Shown: one piece after another, positions 34,729 through 42,688 of the stretch
Layout of the letters: every line of letters begins with the position of its first letter
Position numbering within the stretch: position 1 is the first letter of the stretch
Assembly (NCBI GenBank): GCA_016934325.1
Contig: JAFGSV010000024.1
Location: 5,306-69,305 of the forward strand
DNA: 64,000 bases
Reading direction: 5' to 3'
DNA from: Candidatus Aenigmatarchaeota archaeon
GTDB taxonomy: Archaea; Aenigmatarchaeota; Aenigmatarchaeia; QMZP01; JAFGSV01
The notes under the pieces: model-generated
What the model saw: only the letters and a program-made list of their open reading frames with translations
What the model was told of the DNA's origin: nothing
Database searches by the model: none
Program-made: the position numbers and the translations under genes

Positions 34729-36822
34729 ATGGGAATATTTTCTGTTAATAATTCACCAGTGAATATAGCTGAGTTGATTTCTTCTTGGTGTGATGAGAAG
34801 GATTTCAGAGTTTCGAAGCGGGCAGAGCAACGTTTGGCAAGCGTTACCTCTATAGACGTGGAGGCACGCCCAATTAACAAGAAAGCGGTCTCCGCAGTTT
34901 ATTGGGAAGCCAGCGGAGGAGAAAAGGAATCGGTTGTGCAGGTACGGGTAGAGCCAAATACAAGCCTTAGCGTTCTGGCTTGTCTAGCAATGTGCGCTTG
35001 CGCTGGGACAGTTTTTAGCGGGTTTTTCTACGCTTCCAGTTTTTCTAAATTGGGATTTCTCAGCATTATGATACTTGCTATCTTTTTCGGCCTGCTATTT
35101 ATTTTTTTAGGGAAGTGGCTCACAAGAAAGCAAATTTTATGTGAGGATTCTTTCTGGGAGATGCTACCTAAAAAAGAACTTCTGCGGCATGTAGAGGGGA
35201 ACTTTGGTCCAATCTGGTTTGAGCTTTCCTTTCCGTTCATTATGTCTGTGCTTCTTTTTCTGGTTTTCGCAGTGAATAAGGCACTAGTGTTTGGGGTTTT
35301 TATTCTCAGCTTTTCGTGGTGTTATGTCTTAGTCGGACTCCTTGACTTGTCTGTTAAAGATAGCTATTCGAGATGGAAAATGCTCACAGCTCATGTAACG
35401 AACAGATGGATACAGGTCTGTTTCAAAGCCGTAATGCCATTTGTTCTCTTGTGCGCATTGAACAGCCTTTTCATGCTTGTTGTGGAAGACCAGAACATTT
35501 CCAAAAACAAATTAGGTGTTGTTCTACAGGAAATTGTTAGCACAGCATTTTCCGAAAAAGCCTTTTCAAGAACAAGCGGCATCTTCGAGGAAGAGAATGC
35601 TTGGATACTTAAGAGCGCATTAACGAAAGGCGTAGAAGTGGCGAAAGGCAAGGACGTGAGTTCAGATGCCATAGAAAAAAAGCTTCGCGCGATAAGTGGT
35701 GTGATGCTCGCGGGTATTGTACTCCTGCTGATTTCTTACCTTATCTCTTTGCGTCGACTTCTCATCGTCGCGAATGAATGGGGGATGCGGACTGGATACG
35801 AGGACGAATCGAAAAGGATATCTACGCCGTCCGTGCATCTGAAGCACGGAAAGATAAGTCGCGTTTTATTCCTAGCGCTCATTACGCACTACTTGTTAGG
35901 AAGCGTAATAACAATAACCGCGGGGCTTATTTCTCTTGACGCCATATCTTATGTAATCTCGAAACACTCGCTTATTATCAGGCCGATGAACGTTTTGTGT
36001 GCTTGGATTTTTACGTTTGGAGGAATGGCCTTGACTCCTACTCTTAGTCAAATTGTGGGGTCTTGCTTTTTGCTCGCGTTAGCGTTTCCATTCATGGTAT
36101 TCTTTGTGAATAACATAAAGCGCTTGGTGAGCTTCATGGTGTGGAGGATCATGCTTTATAGGCATATTGGAATGTTGCCTGGGGTACTTATCAATGGAGA
36201 TAAAGTCAAAGAAGTGAATGGATTCATAAGAAGGACCTGTGCAAAATTCGGTCTGACAGTACCAAGGCTACTGATTGAAGAGAAGTGTAGGCAGCCGATT
36301 TTCATTCGAGGGAACCTTATGAGCAAGATCTCAACTATCGGCATTAATCGGAATGTGCTGGAAAATCTGAATACATATGAGTTAAATGCGGCCATAGCAC
36401 ATGAATTGGGACACCTGGCACAAGGTATGAGAAAAATCGAATGGCTTAAACTGATATCGGTAATAACGATGTACTCGAATTATTACCTGACACTGTGTCT
36501 TGACGTGCCACGACGTGAAGTTGAAGCTGATAGATTTGCGATAAGCGCCGGAGTGGACCCCGCTACGTTGGGCAGAGCTATGGTGAAAACCAGTATGATT
36601 GATTTGGGTGCGGAATCATCACGCAGGGAACAGTTGAGCAGAAAGTTAATAAAAGGAATCGAAAGTGTTCTCAGAATAAAAGGAATTGGCATGGTGCATG
36701 AATTCTTTTTCGGTGAAGCGATACTGGGTTACACGTACCCTCTTCTTTCTGAAAGGCTTGCGGCGATATGTATGTCGACAGGTAATGAGGCTGTTGTTGG
36801 TACCGAAACGGAAGCGAAATGA
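34729..36822 (+). CDS. Polytopic membrane protein with a C-terminal M48/M56-like zinc metalloprotease domain
   Basis: The HEXXH motif is AIAHELGHLAQG, with a downstream EVEADRFA that may supply the third ligand. There are more than 8 predicted TM helices N-terminal to it. Confidence 0.7.
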   Translation: MGIFSVNNSPVNIAELISSWCDEKDFRVSKRAEQRLASVTSIDVEARPINKKAVSAVYWEASGGEKESVVQVRVEPNTSLSVLACLAMCACAGTVFSGFFYASSFSKLGFLSIMILAIFFGLLFIFLGKWLTRKQILCEDSFWEMLPKKELLRHVEGNFGPIWFELSFPFIMSVLLFLVFAVNKALVFGVFILSFSWCYVLVGLLDLSVKDSYSRWKMLTAHVTNRWIQVCFKAVMPFVLLCALNSLFMLVVEDQNISKNKLGVVLQEIVSTAFSEKAFSRTSGIFEEENAWILKSALTKGVEVAKGKDVSSDAIEKKLRAISGVMLAGIVLLLISYLISLRRLLIVANEWGMRTGYEDESKRISTPSVHLKHGKISRVLFLALITHYLLGSVITITAGLISLDAISYVISKHSLIIRPMNVLCAWIFTFGGMALTPTLSQIVGSCFLLALAFPFMVFFVNNIKRLVSFMVWRIMLYRHIGMLPGVLINGDKVKEVNGFIRRTCAKFGLTVPRLLIEEKCRQPIFIRGNLMSKISTIGINRNVLENLNTYELNAAIAHELGHLAQGMRKIEWLKLISVITMYSNYYLTLCLDVPRREVEADRFAISAGVDPATLGRAMVKTSMIDLGAESSRREQLSRKLIKGIESVLRIKGIGMVHEFFFGEAILGYTYPLLSERLAAICMSTGNEAVVGTETEAK

Positions 36823-36838
36823 GGAGTTAAAAAAGAGA

Positions 36839-37705
36839 ATGCGTGAAAATGATTTGGAGATGCTCGACGGAGTCCGGGAGATTGCGAAGAGATTCATAAG
36901 TGAGAACTATAGCGACGAAGCTCGTTTTTTCGAGGCCATGTGGACGGTATTGTGCCCGCGCTTACGGGACTGGAAGCGTCTGCCAGCGGAGGCTTGGCCT
37001 CTACCGGACACTTCACGAATGGCAGCAACGGAAGTTGGGCTGACTGGACCGGAGGCTGTCGATCTGGTCACACCAATTGTCGTCGCGACGATGGGTTTTT
37101 TAATGCGTGAAGCGTATGAGAAGGACCTTTCACTTGAGGAACTCGAGGCTCTTACGGGGAAGACCGCGGCACACTTTGGTGCGAATCCAGGATTGACCGC
37201 ACAGTTAGTCAAACACGCTCCGGGTCTTTGCGAGGCTGTGACATCCGCGAAACCAGGCGCAAAGAAGGCCGTGGTATCGGGAATTGAGAGCCCCCAGTAT
37301 AAGATTTGGAGTCGGGGGAAGTGCGTCATAGTTGATGACATCAGCGGATACGAACGAAAGAAAAGGGATTACCTATTTTGGATTGACATGGATGAAAAGA
37401 AGCACATGTCGGTGAGAATACCGGGGGTGGAGCTTAAGAGAATGGCAGCCAGGCTGTTGTTTTATCTCGTTCAGAGGCTTGGGAAGCGCGTTCCGGTTAC
37501 AGACGTTCTCAGAGAGGTCTTTGAGGATGAAATCCCGGAGCCAGGAGGAACGGAAAAGAACAGAATTGATCAGCAGCTTTCGGCGCTTGAAAAGTTCTGT
37601 GGTGGCGGGTTCCGTGAGCATGTTTTCGAGGAATGGTTTGAGAAAGGTCTGGGTTTGAAAAGGTCATTCCTGGAGGGGTACTTCATCTATCGCAGCCTGC
37701 GGTGA
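36839..37705 (+). CDS. Hypothetical protein with an OmpR/PhoB-type winged-helix-like C-terminus
   Basis: The C-terminal pattern is VELKRMAARLLFYLVQRLGKRVPVTDVLREVFEDE....KNRIDQQLSALEKF. The start is uncertain (ATG at 36785 or 36839). Confidence 0.45.
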   Translation: MRENDLEMLDGVREIAKRFISENYSDEARFFEAMWTVLCPRLRDWKRLPAEAWPLPDTSRMAATEVGLTGPEAVDLVTPIVVATMGFLMREAYEKDLSLEELEALTGKTAAHFGANPGLTAQLVKHAPGLCEAVTSAKPGAKKAVVSGIESPQYKIWSRGKCVIVDDISGYERKKRDYLFWIDMDEKKHMSVRIPGVELKRMAARLLFYLVQRLGKRVPVTDVLREVFEDEIPEPGGTEKNRIDQQLSALEKFCGGGFREHVFEEWFEKGLGLKRSFLEGYFIYRSLR

Positions 37706-37716
37706 ATCTTTCATAA

Positions 37717-38304
37717 TCACTTTCCAAACGCTTCATGTTGGTAGCCTAGGGCTGCGATTCTGTCCGCTGCAGAGAGACACGGCGCCCTGAAGGGAAGGCT
37801 TATGTAATCGAGGAGAGCCTCACCTTTTTGGTGAAAAGCATGGGGGTTGCGGTACTGTCCAGCAGGTATGACGTTCAATTCGCTTTTCCTCACTAGGTTG
37901 ATTAGGCAGCGTTTTCCAAAGTGGCAGCCCTCATAGAGGGTCACCAAGAGCCTGCGGTTTGTTGCATCGTGATATTCTTCCTTTAACTCGAATTCGGGCG
38001 GCCATTCATTGGGCTTGATGAGCCAAGCCTCGCTCCATATGCAATGGGCTTCTCTGCGGGGCCTCCTGGCACAGAATGTGATTCTGGTATTGAAGGCCAG
38101 ATTCCCGTATATCGAATCTTCGTCCCATTCTTCCCAGCTAAAGGGAGGCCTCGAGACCATCCTTGCGGATTGATTGCGCTTGAGTTCCTCAGCTTCCGCA
38201 GATTGCTCGGTGAGACTGATAAGGACATTTTTCGAGGGGAGATAGCCATCTACGAGGTACGCATTCAACCTTTCATCTATTCCAGTGTAATGGGCCAAAC
38301 CCAT
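37717..38304 (-). CDS. Hypothetical protein
   Basis: 195-aa ORF with normal composition, divergent from the 38491 operon. No family was recognised. Confidence 0.5.
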   Translation of the reverse strand: MGLAHYTGIDERLNAYLVDGYLPSKNVLISLTEQSAEAEELKRNQSARMVSRPPFSWEEWDEDSIYGNLAFNTRITFCARRPRREAHCIWSEAWLIKPNEWPPEFELKEEYHDATNRRLLVTLYEGCHFGKRCLINLVRKSELNVIPAGQYRNPHAFHQKGEALLDYISLPFRAPCLSAADRIAALGYQHEAFGK

Positions 38305-38490
38305 GCTTCGTCACCTGTGCTATTTATGAGGGTAATTTATAAAAGCTTTACGGCGAGCAGAGATTTTTCAGCAGGTATTCATTCGGCGCACAGAGAGAAC
38401 GGTATGTATGCTCATGTTGTACTTCTGTTGATTGCAGACTGAATGACAGACATAGATGGCCCAAAAGGACTTCTCGAAAGGAGATTAACA

Positions 38491-38820
38491 ATGCAAACGG
38501 GAAACAACGGCAAACAGCGGATTCAAATCCATGTGCCGGACATGTTCCAGCAGCTTCTTCTCATGGAGCTTGGGAAAGCGCGCGGACTTGAAATCTGGAT
38601 AAACGGCAGGAGCAGCAGGAAGGTGAGCCTGTCCTGCAGCAAGGAAGAGGCGGATGCCCTGCTCCGGGAAGCCACGCCAGCCGGAAACGTCCTGTGCCTG
38701 CTGCAACTGGAGTCCGTGGCAAAGTCAATGAAGGTGGCGGGACAGACGCCGTCACAAAACCTGCTCGACATGGTCGCGCAGTTGCGGTCGGAGCTGGGAG
38801 TCTTGGCCGCTCGTGTTTAA
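38491..38820 (+). CDS. Small hypothetical protein, tandem paralog 1
   Basis: The start MQTGNNGK is preceded by AGGAG. It aligns with the next ORF: LLLMELGKARGLEIWINGRSSRKVSLSCSKEEADALLREA against LLLAEIAQSRGFECWIDDGNRYEVCIYASEEEIDSTVRKAA. Confidence 0.55.
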   Translation: MQTGNNGKQRIQIHVPDMFQQLLLMELGKARGLEIWINGRSSRKVSLSCSKEEADALLREATPAGNVLCLLQLESVAKSMKVAGQTPSQNLLDMVAQLRSELGVLAARV

Positions 38821-38880
38821 GGCACATGGATAGCGTGTTCGTTATAAGAAAACCTTTATTGTTTTGAAAGGAGAACGGAA

Positions 38881-39267
38881 ATGAAAAAGACAGAAAGAGA
38901 TGACCGGAAAAGATGCTATATGATTCCGTTTGCCAGCAGGATGCGGGCCCTTCTCCTCGCCGAGATAGCACAGTCAAGGGGATTCGAATGCTGGATTGAT
39001 GACGGAAACAGATATGAGGTGTGCATCTACGCAAGTGAGGAGGAAATAGACTCCACGGTCAGGAAGGCAGCGGATACCGATGACCTCCTGCGCCTGAAGC
39101 AGCTAGAAGCACTTTCAGCTACCATAGAGAGCATCGGTGAAAAGCCTTCGCGTTTGCTCAAGACGGCCATCTCTGCTGCGAAGCGCGAAGCTGCCCGCGA
39201 AGAATCAAAATGTGAAAAGCTTCCTGCAAAGAGATTCGGCCGTGACTCCCTGGCGTCAAGCAACTGA
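38881..39267 (+). CDS. Small hypothetical protein, tandem paralog 2
   Basis: It is preceded by AGGAGAACGGAA-ATG. It is homologous to 38491-38820 over about 90 aa (alignment given there). Confidence 0.55.
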   Translation: MKKTERDDRKRCYMIPFASRMRALLLAEIAQSRGFECWIDDGNRYEVCIYASEEEIDSTVRKAADTDDLLRLKQLEALSATIESIGEKPSRLLKTAISAAKREAAREESKCEKLPAKRFGRDSLASSN

Positions 39268-39347
39268 CACGGATGCCGCGAACTATCTGACAGCCGGAAC
39301 CGGGATAGTGACGGCGGAATGAAAGTATTTAAGACGGGAGAACAAAC

Positions 39348-39605
39348 ATGAACCATGAAGGTGAGCTGATGGGGTTTGCCAACGTCCTTTCAGGGATACG
39401 CAGGTGGTGGAGGAATTACGGCCTTGAAGCCGCCTGCGACGGCCTCATCGATGAATGGGAATACAAGGACCCGGAGCGCCTGGACATGATATGGGGATGG
39501 ATTCAGACGAATCAGATACCCGACGACGAGGACATGAGGGTGCTCTGCGAGGTCTACAGGAAAAGACTGGAGCCCAGACCGTGCTACCGTCCTGCGAAAA
39601 CATAG
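39348..39605 (+). CDS. Small Trp-rich hypothetical protein
   Basis: 85-aa ORF (IRRWWRNYG...WEYKDPERLDMIWGWIQTNQ). It is co-directional with the operon and preceded by a GGGAGA-like site. Confidence 0.4.
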   Translation: MNHEGELMGFANVLSGIRRWWRNYGLEAACDGLIDEWEYKDPERLDMIWGWIQTNQIPDDEDMRVLCEVYRKRLEPRPCYRPAKT

Positions 39606-39622
39606 TTATATCCGCCGTTGCG

Positions 39623-39910
39623 ATGATAACGGCGAACGTCGTTCTTTTTGCCGCTTTCTCGTGGCTCTGGAAAGAAGGAAAAGCCCTGTTGAGCGATTTA
39701 CTCCTCCTTGTATTGTTCTTCGTCAATCTGGCGACGTTTTTAATCAGTGCCACGCTTGGTGTCTACGGTAAAGATTCTTGCCGACATTTGTTCTCTATGG
39801 GTTGCTTGACGTATTTTCCGATGGTGATGTGGGTTTATGTTTGTCTCCGTAAGAATTATCGCCACAGGAAGGAGGTGGATTCAAAATCGAAACGCAGGAA
39901 ACGGAAATGA
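39623..39910 (+). CDS. Small three-TM membrane protein with a basic tail
   Basis: From the ATG at 39623: MITANVVLFAAFSWLW...LLLLVLFFVNLATFLISATLGVY...YFPMVMWVYVCL, followed by RKNYRHRKEVDSKSKRRKRK. The upstream part of the track ORF overlaps the previous gene. Confidence 0.4.
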   Translation: MITANVVLFAAFSWLWKEGKALLSDLLLLVLFFVNLATFLISATLGVYGKDSCRHLFSMGCLTYFPMVMWVYVCLRKNYRHRKEVDSKSKRRKRK

Positions 39911-39961
39911 CAGTTTCCCGGTCATTTTGACAGTAAAAACAGAAATGAAAGGAGCACAAAA

Positions 39962-40267
39962 ATGGAAACGCAGGAAACTACCGATTTGGCGAACCGTAAG
40001 ACGAACGCACTGGCCTCAAGAGACCTGGCGAACATCGTGCTATCAGGTGCCCAGTTATGCCAGCCCGCCGAGACTGTGGCAGTCGGCGTATTTTCGCCGG
40101 AGCTGGAAGAAATCGAAAGAAGAAGGGCCGAGAAGTCCGCCCGGCGGGACGCTGCACGAAGGGCGAAGGAGGCCGCCGCCAGGGGGCGGGCGGAAGAGGC
40201 CCGGCGGAGAGAGGAAGCCGCCGAGATCCGGCGCCAACAGAGGATAAGCGAGATAGGTTACGACTGA
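39962..40267 (+). CDS. Small protein with an Arg/Glu/Ala-rich helical C-terminus
   Basis: 101 aa, ending EEIERRRAEKSARRDAARRAKEAAARGRAEEARRREEAAEIRRQQRISEIGYD. Confidence 0.4.
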   Translation: METQETTDLANRKTNALASRDLANIVLSGAQLCQPAETVAVGVFSPELEEIERRRAEKSARRDAARRAKEAAARGRAEEARRREEAAEIRRQQRISEIGYD

Positions 40268-40335
40268 TAGAAGCTGGCGGCGGTGGTCCAGGGAGGGACG
40301 CCGCCGCTGGCGGGCTTACAGAAGGAGAAGTGATT

Positions 40336-41721
40336 ATGATAGAGCACGTCACAATAACGATTCCATGGCATATAATGAATGACGCGCTTCCCAGGCTTGA
40401 AAAGAACTACGGCAGAGAGGTCGCTTTCATCATCGCGGGCAAGCTCGAATATGGGAACACGCTTGAGTTTCTGCACCGCTCTACGTTCTTCACCGACAAT
40501 CCGGAAAGGGTCTGTTCCAGGATTGATGGGGATGGCTTGTACCGGCTGATTATGACTTACGCTCCGCGACGGGCGAGAGAGGAGGAGATAGAGCCGCTCC
40601 TTAAGGCGCTTTCGGGTTCCGGTGCGGAGAGATTCGGGTTCTTCCAGATAGTGAGAGTTCAGAGGGGCCTTTCGGCCATTGGCTGGGTGAAGGATCACGG
40701 GATGTTCTTCCCGGTGGACGTGATTAACGTCCCGGGGCCGGGGATGCTGAAGCTCTCAGTCGGACGGGCGTGGCCGCTGCCGCCCGTGAAGGCGAAGGAC
40801 GATGGCAATTCGGCCCCCGCAAGGGACGTTTTGCTGGAGGAGTGGCTCACGAGGTCGGACCGCCTGGAAGGTTTCATGGGAAACGGAAAAATAAAGGAGG
40901 GAGAGGATATACTGCTGAAGAGCATATTCTCGTCATTCGCGCTGATAGGTGCGGGACGGATGGGTCTGTGCCTGGCGAAGCATCTTATAAAGTACGGTGC
41001 GGGTAAGCGGGGTACGTTTCTGATTGTTGACCCGGATTTCCTGGAAGCCGCCAATCTGGACTCGATGGAGGTTCCGGAGAAGGCCGTCGGGATGTCCAAG
41101 GCGGATGTTGTCTCACTGGTCCTCAAATCGCTCGACAGCAACCTGCGGGTCGTGCCGGTCGTCGGGACACTGAGCGACATGGATGTCGTCCGCTCAGTTG
41201 CAGCGTGCGACTTTATCTTCATCTGTGTGGATAACGTGGCAGCTCGCGTCCAGGCGTCGATGATAGCCCAGATGTGCAACCGTGTATGCTTCGACCTTAC
41301 CGGTGCCATGGCTCGCAACGAAGATAAGAAAACGACGGCTGGTGGGGAGATTCGAATTTCGATTCTGGATTCGACTGGATGTTCGGTCTGCATGAGCGGC
41401 ATCGGCAAAGATGAATTCTTGCGGCAGGTTTCGGGCGGATACGGGGAGAGCAGATGGGATAGGCCGGAGAACTGGCAGGACGGCGGCAAGGCGGGTTCGT
41501 TCAAGGGGATAATCTCGATGGTGGCCGGCCAGACCTCGTTGTTGTTCCTGCGGCTTCTACAGGGCAGGCTGACGTCTTCGAAGTGGTTCCACCTTGATGC
41601 GGACGGCCTGATTGCCGTCCCGGAGGACGTGACGGATAGCGTGGATAGCGATGATTGCCTCTGCTGCTCCGACAGGTGGGGAGTGAGGGGGCTTGGCGAC
41701 TACTGGTTCAGAAATGGCTGA
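40336..41721 (+). CDS. Divergent E1-like (ThiF/MoeB superfamily) protein with an MPN/JAB-like but motif-less N-terminal region
   Basis: The start ATG at 40336 follows GAAGGAG. The Rossmann motif is ALIGAGRMGLCLAKHL, then LIVDPDFLEAANLDSM where the canonical D-x-D..NL-x-RQ would be. CSVC and CLCC cysteine pairs are present. The N-terminus (VTITIPWHIMNDALPRLEKNYGREVAFIIAGKLE) resembles the first strands of an MPN fold, but there is no HxH/JAMM motif. Confidence 0.65.
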   Translation: MIEHVTITIPWHIMNDALPRLEKNYGREVAFIIAGKLEYGNTLEFLHRSTFFTDNPERVCSRIDGDGLYRLIMTYAPRRAREEEIEPLLKALSGSGAERFGFFQIVRVQRGLSAIGWVKDHGMFFPVDVINVPGPGMLKLSVGRAWPLPPVKAKDDGNSAPARDVLLEEWLTRSDRLEGFMGNGKIKEGEDILLKSIFSSFALIGAGRMGLCLAKHLIKYGAGKRGTFLIVDPDFLEAANLDSMEVPEKAVGMSKADVVSLVLKSLDSNLRVVPVVGTLSDMDVVRSVAACDFIFICVDNVAARVQASMIAQMCNRVCFDLTGAMARNEDKKTTAGGEIRISILDSTGCSVCMSGIGKDEFLRQVSGGYGESRWDRPENWQDGGKAGSFKGIISMVAGQTSLLFLRLLQGRLTSSKWFHLDADGLIAVPEDVTDSVDSDDCLCCSDRWGVRGLGDYWFRNG

Positions 41722-42106
41722 AAAATACAGAATTGAATGGGCACGGGTTCTGAGTGACAGAAGACCGGCACCAGTGATGAATGAGAGCAAGGGCTTAACG
41801 GACCGGATTAGGGAACATAAGATTTGGTCGTCCAAAGGAAGTCTTGGCGTCGCAAAGCTAAAGGGGAAAAGAAGTTTTCGGAAACGGCTGAACTGGCATA
41901 TCAGTCCAGACGCGATGGAATTTATATTAGGACTCCTGGGCATCTTTCTGATGGTGGCTTTTACCATAATATGGTTTTTCTGCTGGGTTTGGGTGACGAG
42001 GCTTGTTGGACAAAGTCCCTACGTCCTCCTCGTCGGAGTGGTGTTTGTTCTGGGGTGGTGGCTGGGATTGTATTGTCTGTGTTATTTGTTTTCTGATTCA
42101 AGGTGA
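41714..42106 (+). CDS. Two-TM membrane protein translationally coupled to the E1-like gene
   Basis: The ATG at 41714 overlaps the E1-like stop (ATGGCTGA). The N-terminus is MAEKYRIEWARVLSDRR. The TM helices are FILGLLGIFLMVAFTIIWFFCWVWV and VLLVGVVFVLGWWLGLYCLCYL. Confidence 0.55.
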   Translation: MAEKYRIEWARVLSDRRPAPVMNESKGLTDRIREHKIWSSKGSLGVAKLKGKRSFRKRLNWHISPDAMEFILGLLGIFLMVAFTIIWFFCWVWVTRLVGQSPYVLLVGVVFVLGWWLGLYCLCYLFSDSR

Positions 42107-42172
42107 GCGGCTTGTTAAATTTGCAATGATTCATGAGGGGTTCGAGGCGGTTTGGTGACTACTGGTTTAGAA

Positions 42173-42688
42173 ATGGCTGATGAGAATAAAAAAATGGACT
42201 GGGCTCGCATTATCGAAAGCCAAAGAATAGAATCCAACGTTGATATTAATCATACCGGAGAGGGTAATATTTCCCGTGTCCTGGGGCGTAGCATCGCACA
42301 TGCTTTTTATAGAATCTTTTATGACAAAATAGTGAGAGAACCGGATGCATTGACAATTGCTTGTGTTGTTGCTGTGCTTGGCTTCTTAATATTCGTGTTT
42401 GCTATGTGGTTGATAGATAGCATGACTTCAGGAGAGGCAAAAAAACCACAAACGGAAATCCGGTATTCGTCTTCGAAAAAGGAAACGGAGAGCGACTATA
42501 AGCTGTGTGTCATAGACGGCGTGAAGTACATGCTCGACAGCGACGGGACGGTGAGTGGGACCGCCGTGGAATGGTTATGGGAAATGTTCAATCCGGCAAA
42601 ACCGCCAATTACACGGCACTCATTACGAAGGCCGCCGATGCGGGCTACAAGCTATTCATCGTTCTGGCCGGAGTTCATAACAGTCTGA
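42173..42688 (+). CDS. Membrane protein, N-terminal paralog of 41714-42106
   Basis: The N-terminus MADENKKMDWARIIESQR parallels MAEKYRIEWARVLSDRR. It has one TM helix (LTIACVVAVLGFLIFVFAMWLI). Its 3' end overlaps the Z1 ORF in another frame, and the last 35 or so codons look like out-of-frame read-through. Confidence 0.45.
   Translation: MADENKKMDWARIIESQRIESNVDINHTGEGNISRVLGRSIAHAFYRIFYDKIVREPDALTIACVVAVLGFLIFVFAMWLIDSMTSGEAKKPQTEIRYSSSKKETESDYKLCVIDGVKYMLDSDGTVSGTAVEWLWEMFNPAKPPITRHSLRRPPMRATSYSSFWPEFITV

Noticed and set aside
40336-40900. Active JAB/JAMM deubiquitinase-type domain at the N-terminus of the E1-like protein
   Set aside because: Only the first strand and Glu context (REVAFIIAGKLE) resembles an MPN fold. 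I see no H-x-H-x7-S-x2-D motif. I therefore call it MPN-like at most and possibly unrelated.
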